From the NCBI RefSeq assembly GCF_018398935.1, contig NZ_CP074694.1, positions 1,860,001-1,892,000 of the forward strand: a DNA stretch of 32,000 nucleotides. Reading direction: 5' to 3'. The notes under the pieces are model-generated. The model had not been told where the DNA came from. It saw nothing but the letters and a program-made list of their open reading frames with translations, and searched no databases. This document shows, in pieces, positions 22,496 through 30,731 of this stretch. Numbering within the stretch: position 1 is the stretch's first letter; each line of letters opens with the position of its first letter. The position numbers and the translations under genes were made by a program. This stretch comes from Telmatocola sphagniphila (lineage in GTDB: Bacteria; Planctomycetota; Planctomycetia; Gemmatales; Gemmataceae).

Positions 22496-23580
22496 CTTTT
22501 AGCTGGACTAAGAACTAAGAGGCGACTACTGCGGAAAACCTAGGATTTTGGAGAGTCAAGTCTCTCTGGGATTCAATTCTGATCTCTTAGACCCTCAGGC
22601 ATAACTTACAACTAAGTTCACGAGATTTTGCCGATGGCGTCTTGGACGGTCGAATTTTAGTTCGTTGAGGCAATCTCGCTATTTCGATTTCGACGTCGCC
22701 CTAAATATAAATTCTTTGGTCTGAACTGCCTTCAATTTCTGATCGGCTTCGCTGGTCTATGGGACAGAACTCCAAAACAACACCAACTTGGAGAGATAAA
22801 AACTATAAGCGATTTTCCTGAACCATTTTTTTGGGGCCGAACATTGCCTCGTAGAAAATTTTTCCGGTGGCCGCCGTCTGATCGAACTGCCCTACTTGGC
22901 CCTTAGTTCGCCGTCCTTTTGGCCGTCTTAGGAATTCCTTTGGAGGGAATTAAGCGGTATGTCAATTAGGGGCTAAAAATTCCCGTTTGTCAACTTTATT
23001 AGGAGTGTATTCGTCCCGAATCCTTCTTAACCTACTTAGCCCGGATTCGAATGGAATGCCACTAAAGGATTTTCGATTATTTCCCTTGGCTCAGTTCCCC
23101 AGCCCTTTCCGCTTCCTTTACAGAGGTTCCGCTAGCCCCCGAAGTGCCGGGTGTATTTCTTCAGAGATTCGGTCCGTGAGTCCCACCCTTCTCCCTGTCC
23201 ATGCCGATGGATTCGTATGTAGCCCGGGAGCTTCAGGGCATACTTTTGACCTGATCAAAGCCCACCCGCGGCGGAAGCGATGTTCAACGGACAGAAGGAT
23301 TTCGACGAAGGGAATGGACGGGGACCGGGGGAAGCTTTCCAATCACCAGGGATCTCTAGGTCGAGAGTTGAGTTCGGGAAAGTCGGGGAGTCAGACGTAA
23401 CTGAGAGGGATCACTGAGCCGAGTGGCGACCGTCTTCCGCGACCGCGGACTTTCCTCGGAATTGCCAAGGAGTCGGCAAGAGTTCACTGGAAAAGGAAGT
23501 CAAAGCTTTGTGTTCTCCCCAAAGACACTTCCGGCTCGGTTTTTTCTTGCCACTGGAGCTTGCAGGCGGCCGACAAACGA

Positions 23581-23606
23581 ACAGGCCCCACCTTCGTGGG
23601 GCCTGT
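23581..23606 (-). terminator. Intrinsic-terminator-like hairpin after the anti-sigma/WD40 gene
   Basis: Perfect 11-bp stem ACAGGCCCCAC / GTGGGGCCTGT with a 4-nt loop, about 50 nt downstream of the stop at 23655. On the minus strand it is followed by TCGTTTGTC. Confidence 0.6.
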
Positions 23607-23654
23607 CCCGGAAATCCGAGATTTCCTCAATTGAATCCCTTTCGGTGCCTGCGA

Positions 23655-25541
23655 TTATTTCGGGGACACCGGCTCTATATTTTGGGCCGAAAGCTTCCAT
23701 AAGTGAAGGATTTTATCTTCCCCTCCGGTGGCCAGCGTGCCCCCCTCCGGAGTGAAAGCCGCGGAGAGAACGCCTGCTGAAGTCCGCACGCTTGTCTGTT
23801 TCCGTTGCCCGCTGGCAAGGTTCCAGAGGCTGACCGTGCCATTCCAGTCCGCCGCGGCCAGCCAGTGTCCATCGGGGGAGAAAGTTACACTCTCCAGAAA
23901 ACTGATCGCCGGGGCTTTCTCACTGACCAAGGACTTGACTAGGGATCCGTCCTGCAGTTTATAGAGATCGACCTTCCCCACGGTTTTATCGGCCGAAGCC
24001 AGTGCCGACGGGCAAGCGATCATCGTGCCATCGGGGGAGAAATCGGCCGAGTGGCAACCAGGGAAGAGGCGCATCAGTTCCCCGGTGTTCACGTCCCACA
24101 ATTTCACCGGTCCTTCGTTCGAAGAGGTCGCCAGGGACTTACCCTCGAGCGAGTACTTCACGAACGTGGTCGGTTTGTCCTCGGCAATCGTTCGAATCAA
24201 GCTGCCGCGCTCGATTTCCCAGAACTGGACTCCGCCGGAGGGTTTGCCCCCGTTGCCGCCGAAAGGTCCCCACTCGGTGATGCCGGCCGCCAGGAACTTG
24301 CCGTCCGGGGAGAATGCCAGGGGCGACAGCGGTTTATCGGTGGTCCATTTCCGAGTCACTTGACCGGTCGCGGTATCCCGCAACTGAATTTCTCGGCCGA
24401 TAATCGTCGCGAGAAATTTTCCATCGGAACTCCCGGCTACCGAACCGGCACCCGCGATCGATTGCGACCATCTCAACTTTCCGGTGGCGATGTCCCATTG
24501 TCGCAGTTCGTTCGGCCGTCGTTCCGGAGGCGGGACCGATTCCGGATCCCGCATCAAGGCGGTGATCGATGTGCCCTGCCGATTCCAGATCAACTGAGCG
24601 GGAACCCGATCGCGGCTGAGTATCCCGTCTACTTGCACATTAGGGGAATCCAGCGTCTTCCCGTTCGGCAGCGGTTCCGGGAGAGGCGACTTCGATACGA
24701 CGCTACCCTTTTGGAAGCCTTCGGGAAGGTCGAGCGAAAACAATTTCGGATCCAGCGGTTCATTCCAGATAAACTCGTCGAAGCGCATTTCCATCTCGGC
24801 CTTCGGGTCCGGATCGCGGATCACGATCTTGGCTGGCAAATGACTTTCCGCATCGACCCACACCTGCATCTCGCCACTGCCCTTGATGCCGAGCAAATCC
24901 ACTTTGCGGAGCCGATAGACCTGCGTGCGACGCCCCCGGAGAATCTCCTGACCAATCCGCTCGGCGTCGTTCGCTTGGGCCTGCCGTAATTTGTCGATCG
25001 GATTGGCAAACTCCTGGACCATCTTGGCATCGATCTCGACCGACTGGGCCAGCTTGCGATGGCCATCCAGGAACAAGGCTTGTTTCTTGTCCAGATCGCC
25101 AATCTGGATCAGCTTGCCGTCGAACTGCTCGAGGCGCATCCGGTTGCCTTCGAGATACATTTGGCCTTCGATTTTTCGCGACAGTCCGAATTGCGTGCTG
25201 GTGGTAAATCGCACGGTACGAAGCGCTTTGACGTTTTCGAGGACTTGAGCGAAGGCTTGGCTGCCGGAGCGATCGAGTAACAGAGTGACTCCAGCTCCCA
25301 CCAGAAGCAGTGCGGCCACAGCGCCCAGTCCCGCCAGGACTTTTCGGGAGGTGGCCCATCGTCGCTGCAGAATGCCAGGGGTTAGTGGTGTCGCAGTCGA
25401 CGGAATCGCCAACAGCTTGGCTCGCGTTTTCACTCGTTCGATCGCCGTTTCGGAAAGCGGTTGGGCCCGTATCGACTGGACCGCGGCCTCCAGAGGGGGT
25501 TCGAGATGCTTGGAATCGGGATTAAGATATTCATCGTTCAT
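23655..25541 (-). CDS. Membrane-anchored anti-sigma-factor-like protein with LolA/RseB-like and WD40 beta-propeller domains
   Basis: 628-aa ORF whose ATG overlaps the sigma gene stop (ATGA at 25538..25541). It has a short cytoplasmic N-terminus and a single TM (VLAGLGAVAALLLVGAGVTLLL). A segment of about 190 aa has a LolA-like pattern (...VRFTT..., MYLEGNRMRLE, VWVDAESHLPAKIV, DPKLFSLDLPEGF). After that come repeated SPDG..LA / ..LW(D/N/K) WD40-type repeats. Confidence 0.8.
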   Translation of the reverse strand: MNDEYLNPDSKHLEPPLEAAVQSIRAQPLSETAIERVKTRAKLLAIPSTATPLTPGILQRRWATSRKVLAGLGAVAALLLVGAGVTLLLDRSGSQAFAQVLENVKALRTVRFTTSTQFGLSRKIEGQMYLEGNRMRLEQFDGKLIQIGDLDKKQALFLDGHRKLAQSVEIDAKMVQEFANPIDKLRQAQANDAERIGQEILRGRRTQVYRLRKVDLLGIKGSGEMQVWVDAESHLPAKIVIRDPDPKAEMEMRFDEFIWNEPLDPKLFSLDLPEGFQKGSVVSKSPLPEPLPNGKTLDSPNVQVDGILSRDRVPAQLIWNRQGTSITALMRDPESVPPPERRPNELRQWDIATGKLRWSQSIAGAGSVAGSSDGKFLATIIGREIQLRDTATGQVTRKWTTDKPLSPLAFSPDGKFLAAGITEWGPFGGNGGKPSGGVQFWEIERGSLIRTIAEDKPTTFVKYSLEGKSLATSSNEGPVKLWDVNTGELMRLFPGCHSADFSPDGTMIACPSALASADKTVGKVDLYKLQDGSLVKSLVSEKAPAISFLESVTFSPDGHWLAAADWNGTVSLWNLASGQRKQTSVRTSAGVLSAAFTPEGGTLATGGEDKILHLWKLSAQNIEPVSPK

Positions 25542-26047
25542 TTCAATTCTCCTTGGTTGAAGAGGTTCAGTTGCGTCCGCAAGCGTTGACGTGCTTTGTA
25601 CAACGCGGTCGAGACCGCCTCGGGTGTAATTTCCAACGTGGTGGAAATCTCGTCGCGGGACTGTTGTTCGAAGTAAAACAGAGCGAAAATCGCGGCCTGC
25701 TGGTCGGGCAATTGAGCGATGGCTTTCCGCAGCCAGGTCCCCAACTCCGCGGCGGCCACTTCTTCGAAAGGCTCGATGGTCACCCGGCTATCCCCTTCTC
25801 GGAGTTCGACGGTCACTCGCTGGCGACGCAGCCGATCGATCGAGCGCAAGGTCGCCATGCGCACCAGTAGACCGGCCCAACTCTGCACTGGGCCCGCTTT
25901 GTTCCGCCGGAAGGCTTCCGTGAAGACCTCCTGGGAGACATCTTCCGCATCCTGGATGGAACCCAGGATCCGCAACGAGACTCGGAACACGCTTTTCGCG
26001 TGGCGTTCCACAATCCGGTCCCAGTTGGGTAGCGCCCTATCGGTCAT
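25538..26047 (-). CDS. ECF-type RNA polymerase sigma-70 factor
   Basis: 169-aa ORF. Region 2 blocks: DAEDVSQEVFTEAF, LVRMATLRSIDRLRRQR. Region 4 HTH: LPDQQAAIFALFYFEQQSRDEISTTLEITPEAVSTALYKARQRLR. Confidence 0.92.
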   Translation of the reverse strand: MTDRALPNWDRIVERHAKSVFRVSLRILGSIQDAEDVSQEVFTEAFRRNKAGPVQSWAGLLVRMATLRSIDRLRRQRVTVELREGDSRVTIEPFEEVAAAELGTWLRKAIAQLPDQQAAIFALFYFEQQSRDEISTTLEITPEAVSTALYKARQRLRTQLNLFNQGELK

Positions 26048-26567
26048 TGGAGTTACCTTCCCATGAAAAACATCAATCAGAAGCGTCTAACAGGTAGTCG
26101 TAGCGGCCCGGCCCGCATGACTTAAAATCTGAAGCGAATTCCGTCGCGGTTCCCGAATCGATGCGGGGTGGACTCCGACCAGATCGAGAAAGGCCGCCAT
26201 TCTCGGAGAACCATTCAGAGAACTCTTTTGGCAGAAATTTCAAGGACTTTCGATGGAGGTCAAAGGAATTGAGAGGGCGAGTTGGTATCCCCGGCCCGTC
26301 GATTCAACAGGAGGAGAACGTGAATTTGCCTGCAAACGGAGCCCGGGAGGGACCTCGCTTTCCACCGGCCCGGAGACTTCCGGAATGAACGGATGAAAAT
26401 CCTCCGCATGCCACGGCTTCGCGATGCACCAGGACCCGAGTTGAGGAAGTCCTCGAAAGCTGAGGACGGCCGCTTCTCCGGCGAATCCGACCTATTCCCT
26501 CGGCAAACGGACTCTGACTTTGCGCGTGTCGGGAGAAAGGCGAACTTTATCGATCGTGTCGAAGCCA

Positions 26568-26588
26568 AGGTCTCCCCACCGGAGACCT
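26568..26588. promoter_or_regulatory. Perfect 8-bp inverted repeat AGGTCTCC-N5-GGAGACCT upstream of the orphan secreted-protein gene
   Basis: Read directly from the sequence, about 105 nt upstream of ATG 26694, inside the 646-bp divergent intergenic region shared with the ECF sigma gene. Confidence 0.25.
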
Positions 26589-26693
26589 TCTCGGAATCGT
26601 GGCGATTCGGCTTTCACTTTTCCAACTCCAGGTAGAATAACATCTTCGGAAGCCCACGTGAATTTTTCTCATTCGATCGAAGGAAAGGCCCTT

Positions 26694-27710
26694 ATGAGTG
26701 CCGGCCGTCGTCTGATGTTCCCGATAGTGAGTCTCGTTACCCTGCTTTTGACGCCTTTCCCATCGTCCGCTCAAGACCCGGCGGAAGATACTAAAAAGAC
26801 CAGAATCGTATTTCGAATCTCGAAAGAATTTATCCGCAAATATCAGACGCCGGTCATCGAAGACACTTCGCCCGTCGATATGTGTCTGTTCGGCTCTCAC
26901 GTCACCGGCACCGCGCATACCACCGGCCGGACCTCGGTGAAGCTCGACACCAACGAGAAGGATGCGGTGTTTATTACTCGCTTTCAAGGCTCGACCGATT
27001 CGCAGCAGGTCGCCACCCGTCGGCCGGTGGCGGTCCACAGCACCTCGAAAACCGCTTTCGAAGCGCAGCGGATGATCCATTTTGACGGCGTTCGTTTCTC
27101 CGCCGATGCCCCCACAATCGAGGCCACCGCTACTTCGGTCATCGGCGACGTGGAGACCCCGCGGCTCTTCAGATCGGTGATCCGGAGAATGGCCTCCCGG
27201 GAGATCGATCGGACCAAGCCGGCCGGGGACGAGATCGGCCTGCAGGAAGTGAAGACTAAAGTGCTGGCGAGTTTCGATACCGAAACCACGCAATTGGTGA
27301 ATCAACTGAACAAAATCGTGCCTTACGAGAAGGCGATTTCGATTGTTGCCCCGAAAACCCAGGGCTGGATCAACCACCTGGGGACCACGCAAAATTATCT
27401 GTTACTGAGCCCCGGTCCGAAAGAGGCGGAGATTGCGGTCCTTCCGAAGGAAGCGAAACAGATGCGGGCGCCGCTGGAGCTTTGGGTCAAGGGCCAACCG
27501 AGCGGCGAAAGAATTCGCCTCTTGCTCGAATCGTTCACCGCCACCGAACGCGCCTTCGATCTGTTCCGTGCCGCGCGGACCGGCGAGACCAAGAAGGTCG
27601 AAGGGATCAAGTTCACCGCGGTCGGCGACTGGTGGGTGCTCAAAATTGGCGAAGATCTGCTCGACCAGTGGATTGATAAAATTGAGCCGAAACCGGAACC
27701 GCCCAAGTAA
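26694..27710 (+). CDS. Secreted hypothetical protein (no recognisable domain)
   Basis: ORF 26520..27710 trimmed to ATG 26694, which is preceded by GAAGGAAAGG. The signal peptide MSAGRRLMFPIVSLVTLLLTPFPSSAQ begins there. The upstream 58 codons are R/S/P-rich and unlikely to be coding. Confidence 0.75.
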   Translation: MSAGRRLMFPIVSLVTLLLTPFPSSAQDPAEDTKKTRIVFRISKEFIRKYQTPVIEDTSPVDMCLFGSHVTGTAHTTGRTSVKLDTNEKDAVFITRFQGSTDSQQVATRRPVAVHSTSKTAFEAQRMIHFDGVRFSADAPTIEATATSVIGDVETPRLFRSVIRRMASREIDRTKPAGDEIGLQEVKTKVLASFDTETTQLVNQLNKIVPYEKAISIVAPKTQGWINHLGTTQNYLLLSPGPKEAEIAVLPKEAKQMRAPLELWVKGQPSGERIRLLLESFTATERAFDLFRAARTGETKKVEGIKFTAVGDWWVLKIGEDLLDQWIDKIEPKPEPPK

Positions 27711-27724
27711 CTTTACCCGCTCAG

Positions 27725-27763
27725 ATTCCCCGGGGCGGTTTCCGGACTCGGGAATTTTCTGTT
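27725..27763 (+). terminator. Hairpin + T-tract after the secreted-protein gene
   Basis: ATTCCCCG ... CGGGAAT, a stem of about 7 bp with one bulged C and a 16-nt loop, is followed by TTTTCTGTT. It starts 15 nt after the stop. Confidence 0.4.
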
Positions 27764-28334
27764 CGGCCACTTTCGGCAACGCGAATGGGCCCCGCAAGCT
27801 GGCGTAGGACATCCGGCGGGGCCGATCCCCACTCCTTTCCGGGATCGAATTTCTGAAGCCGGTCCAGAACTCTTCGGGTGAGGGAGAGGCCTCGCTTTTC
27901 GGGGCCCCATGCCCTCGGGAAATAAAGAAATCCCGCCGTGGTCTGCGCTTTTGTCTCCCAAACAAATGCGACGGGACGGACGGCGGGATTTAACTTCCAA
28001 AAAGCGGGAGGGCTCTCCGAAGACGAATCCTTTCTGGGTAAACCCCCAGCCGCGGGGAGAGGTTCCGCGGATTCTCTTTAAAATTATGAGACCACTCTAA
28101 TAATTGCGAAACGGGGAGGCAATGAGAAATGGATAAATTCAACCTGATCTTCTGCCCGGTCTCCGAGAGAAGACTCGGAGGAAGGGTTCCGCGAAGCTCT
28201 CAAGAGGGCGCTGATCGCAGGCAGGCGGCGTAGCCGAGGATCAACTCCCCGTCCCGTGTGGGAGTGGCTGTCGGCTGCCAGCCGCGCGCAAGCCGCGCCG
28301 GCAGTAACTCCGCCGCCGAAGGCAAATGATCCCA

Positions 28335-28350
28335 GACGGCGACCGCCGTC
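28335..28350 (-). other. SECIS-like hairpin 11 nt downstream of an in-frame TGA
   Basis: The minus strand reads UGA-UUCGGGGUGGU-GACGGC-GGUC-GCCGUC, a perfect 6-bp stem with a GGUC apical loop. See the findings. Confidence 0.3.
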
Positions 28351-28361
28351 ACCACCCCGAA

Positions 28362-28589
28362 TCAGGTACAGTCGTAGACCAGCCAATACCCCTCCCGAAC
28401 CGGAACGATCAGATCGTGGCTGAATTCGTCTTGCGCTAGCAGATCGGCGGGAGCTAAGGGCGGGTTGTGTTCAAACATCCAATCGAGGATCTGCTTCACG
28501 GAGCTCTGCGTCCGGAGCAGGGTTCTCCAGGGAGCGAAGCGCTCCTCGGCGAGACCCGCGCGGTTTTCGATCGGAAAGGGATTGCTCAT
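28362..28589 (-). CDS. Small hypothetical protein (75 aa as annotated; possibly 129 aa if the TGA is recoded)
   Basis: ATG 28589 is preceded by AGGAG 9 nt upstream. The product is MSNPFPIENRAGLAEERFAPWRTLL...REGYWLVYDCT-TGA. The longer N-terminal extension in the ORF track (to 28694) has no ribosome-binding signal. Confidence 0.6.
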   Translation of the reverse strand: MSNPFPIENRAGLAEERFAPWRTLLRTQSSVKQILDWMFEHNPPLAPADLLAQDEFSHDLIVPVREGYWLVYDCT

Positions 28590-29074
28590 GGCTCGAATCT
28601 CCTGGGCCCCCGGGAGTCGCCGGAAGTGTCCCCAAGTGTCCTTCGGAAAGAGGACAACCGCCGAAAGCGCAAAAAGTTCTCGCGGAGACCTCACTTTTAT
28701 TTTTGTAGGGATTCGGCTCCCATAAAAGACCGAGTTGGCGAACCCCCCCGAGTGAAGATGACGAAGCTGGGAAGAATCTTCTCCATGTAGTGAGGATTCG
28801 TTCCTGATGAGAAATTTAAGTGGTTGGTTTGGCCTTATTTTTCAATTTCTCATCCTTTTCCCGCACTTTTTGAATTAGCTTACATTCAATCCGAATGACT
28901 GTTCCCGACAGGCTATCCGACTCGCAATCGGAGCATCTGATTCTCTCCAGCGGTCATTCCCACCAACTGCCCGAGCGGAACTGCTAAGCTTGGCTCCCCG
29001 AGTGATCGGGAGGAGCTTTCGAAAGAGCCACTGCGCGACCGGTGCGCACTTAAAGACACCCAGGGTCTCCCCGT

Positions 29075-30688
29075 ATGAAACCTTTCACTCTTCGTTTTGT
29101 CTCCTTCGCATTCGTGCCGCTGGCCACCGCCGCGGTCTGGTTCGTGCTGCCCGAATCGGCCCATTCCACCGCCACCGTGTTCGTGCTGGCCGGCCTGGCC
29201 ACGGTGATCCTGGGCGGACTTGGCTGGTACTTCGGCGACCAGACCGATCGCTTGATCGACTGGGTCTACAAATTCCGCACCGATGCCCTGGGGGCCCTGC
29301 CCTTAGCCTCGGAGCAAACCCTCTTCGACGAAATTCCCAAGAAATTTCTGGAGTGCGATCAGAATCTGCGCACCACCCGGCAGGAGCACCGCAAGGATCT
29401 GGAGACCATCGGCCAGTGGATCGGTTCCCTGCAGGGGACCATGGGACTGGCCGCCCCGACTCTGTCGGAGAAGCAGAGTCCGATGGAGCTCTTGGCCAAG
29501 ACCCTTCAGGATAGCGGCAAGCACTATCAATCGACCAAAGCCCGGCTGAACATGATGCAGAAACTGCTCTACGGCATGCCCTCGCCGACCATCATTACCG
29601 ATGAACAGGGGCAGCTGAAAATGCTGAATCTCAAGGCGGAAACGCTGCTGGGGCTGAATTCGACGGCGATGACCTCGCTGAAGCTCGATGAAGTGCTCTC
29701 CAGCTCCGACTCCCCCATTTCGATCTGGCAAACCATCAAAGCCAGCGCGAGCGGACAATCGATCGGAACGCTGGTGACGCCCAAAGGCCCATTGCCGGTG
29801 CGTCTGGCCTTCCTCAAGATCCCCAATGCCGGCCGCGAACCCTTGATTTTCATTACCCTCTGGGAACGCCAGGCCGAGCTCGAGGAAATGGACGCGGCCG
29901 TCAAGTCGGTGCGCGAGACAACCACGCAGTTCATCCTCCGAGAGAGTCTGCTGGCCGAGCTGCCCCTGACCGAATCGCTGCAGGCCAAGTCCCGCCTGGT
30001 GCTGGCCGACATCAAGCAGAAGGCCGACCGCGACACGATCGTTTCGCGCTTCCGCGGCCTGCAGCAGGACCTAGATGCCCTCGGCATCCGGCTTCGCCTG
30101 CTGGAATGGCTCTACCGCAGCGAGTGGACCGTCCCGGTCGATCCCGAACTGAGCGAAGTCTCCGGGGAAGACGCCGTCCAGGAAACGGCCAAGCTCTTCG
30201 CCGGGGTGTTCGCCTCGCGCCGCCTGAATCTCAATGTGGTCAATCAGGGGGGCTGGCTGAGCGTCGATAAGGACACGCTGACCGCGGCCCTGATGGGCCT
30301 GCTCAATTTCGCCTGCAAGGCCAGTAGCGGCGATCGCCTGGAAGTCAAAATTGAAAAACTGCCGCCGACGCCGGAACTCACCGAAGGCTGGATGTGCTTC
30401 ACCCTCTCGGGCGAATGGCAGCCGACCGTCTGGAACCAGACGGCCAGCATCGACTCCCTGAGCAATGAAGCGCTGATTGCGGACGCGACTTTGGGTCTGG
30501 CCGTGGCCAACCGGGTCGCCCGGCGCTTGCAAGGGGTCTGTCGGGCCGAGGAAAGTTCCGATTTCCGCCGCTGCATCAAGCTCTACGTGCCGACCCGACT
30601 GCCCAGTCCGATCACGACGGTTTCCGAAAACGAAGTGGGCCCCCGCGAAGAACTCTGTCTGGGCTGGAAGCTCGCCAGCGTTGTCTAA
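29075..30688 (+). CDS. Membrane-bound sensor histidine-kinase-like protein lacking the phospho-acceptor His (pseudo-kinase)
   Basis: 537-aa ORF with two N-terminal TM helices. A PAS-like segment spans about aa 160-265. The DHp-like H-box position reads F-I-L-R-E-S-L-L-A-E-L-P-L-T, against the usual F-x-x-x-x-S-H-E-L-R-T-P-L-T, so His is replaced by Leu292 (29948..29950). The CA-like domain has an N-box (LMGLLNFACKAS) and a G2-like TLGLAVANRVA, but no DxGxG G1 box. Confidence 0.75.
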   Translation: MKPFTLRFVSFAFVPLATAAVWFVLPESAHSTATVFVLAGLATVILGGLGWYFGDQTDRLIDWVYKFRTDALGALPLASEQTLFDEIPKKFLECDQNLRTTRQEHRKDLETIGQWIGSLQGTMGLAAPTLSEKQSPMELLAKTLQDSGKHYQSTKARLNMMQKLLYGMPSPTIITDEQGQLKMLNLKAETLLGLNSTAMTSLKLDEVLSSSDSPISIWQTIKASASGQSIGTLVTPKGPLPVRLAFLKIPNAGREPLIFITLWERQAELEEMDAAVKSVRETTTQFILRESLLAELPLTESLQAKSRLVLADIKQKADRDTIVSRFRGLQQDLDALGIRLRLLEWLYRSEWTVPVDPELSEVSGEDAVQETAKLFAGVFASRRLNLNVVNQGGWLSVDKDTLTAALMGLLNFACKASSGDRLEVKIEKLPPTPELTEGWMCFTLSGEWQPTVWNQTASIDSLSNEALIADATLGLAVANRVARRLQGVCRAEESSDFRRCIKLYVPTRLPSPITTVSENEVGPREELCLGWKLASVV

Positions 30689-30731
30689 AGAGCCCCAACT
30701 TACGAATGCCATCCCCCTGGAGAATCGATCC

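Noticed and set aside
23043-23051. GGATTCGAA (TTCGAATCC on the minus strand), resembling a tRNA/tmRNA T-loop
   Set aside because: The flanking bases cannot form a T-stem (CC opposite CC). No acceptor stem, anticodon arm or CCA context could be built on either strand.
23376-23388. GGGAAAGTCGGGG, resembling the RNase P RNA CR-I block GAGGAAAGUCCGGGC
   Set aside because: The match is imperfect. None of the other conserved RNase P blocks (for example ACAGAACCCGGCUUA) is present nearby.
23249-23406. ACCTGATC (23249) and CTGAGA (23401), the two THI-box words of TPP riboswitches
   Set aside because: They are in the wrong order and about 150 nt apart, and no thiamine-related gene is adjacent.
26148-26154. 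GGGAACC on the minus strand, about 100 nt upstream of the ECF sigma start, as a possible autoregulated ECF -35 box
   Set aside because: I could not find a convincing CGTC-type -10 element 16-17 nt downstream. It is left as untested.
26602-26628. TTTCAC-N15-TAGAAT as a sigma-70-like promoter for the secreted-protein gene
   Set aside because: The -10 is good, but the -35 is poor and the 15-nt spacer is shorter than optimal. Planctomycetal promoter rules are not well enough known to call it.
27402-27965. 187-aa minus-strand ORF, and the 95-aa ORF at 27713..28000
   Set aside because: The first is largely antisense to the secreted-protein gene. Both are R/P/G-rich, without start context or motifs.
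28870-28889. TTGAAT-N8-ATTCAA inverted repeat in the divergent region upstream of the pseudo-kinase gene
   Set aside because: There are only 6 bp per arm in an AT-richer stretch, so it is easily a chance occurrence. Noted but not called.
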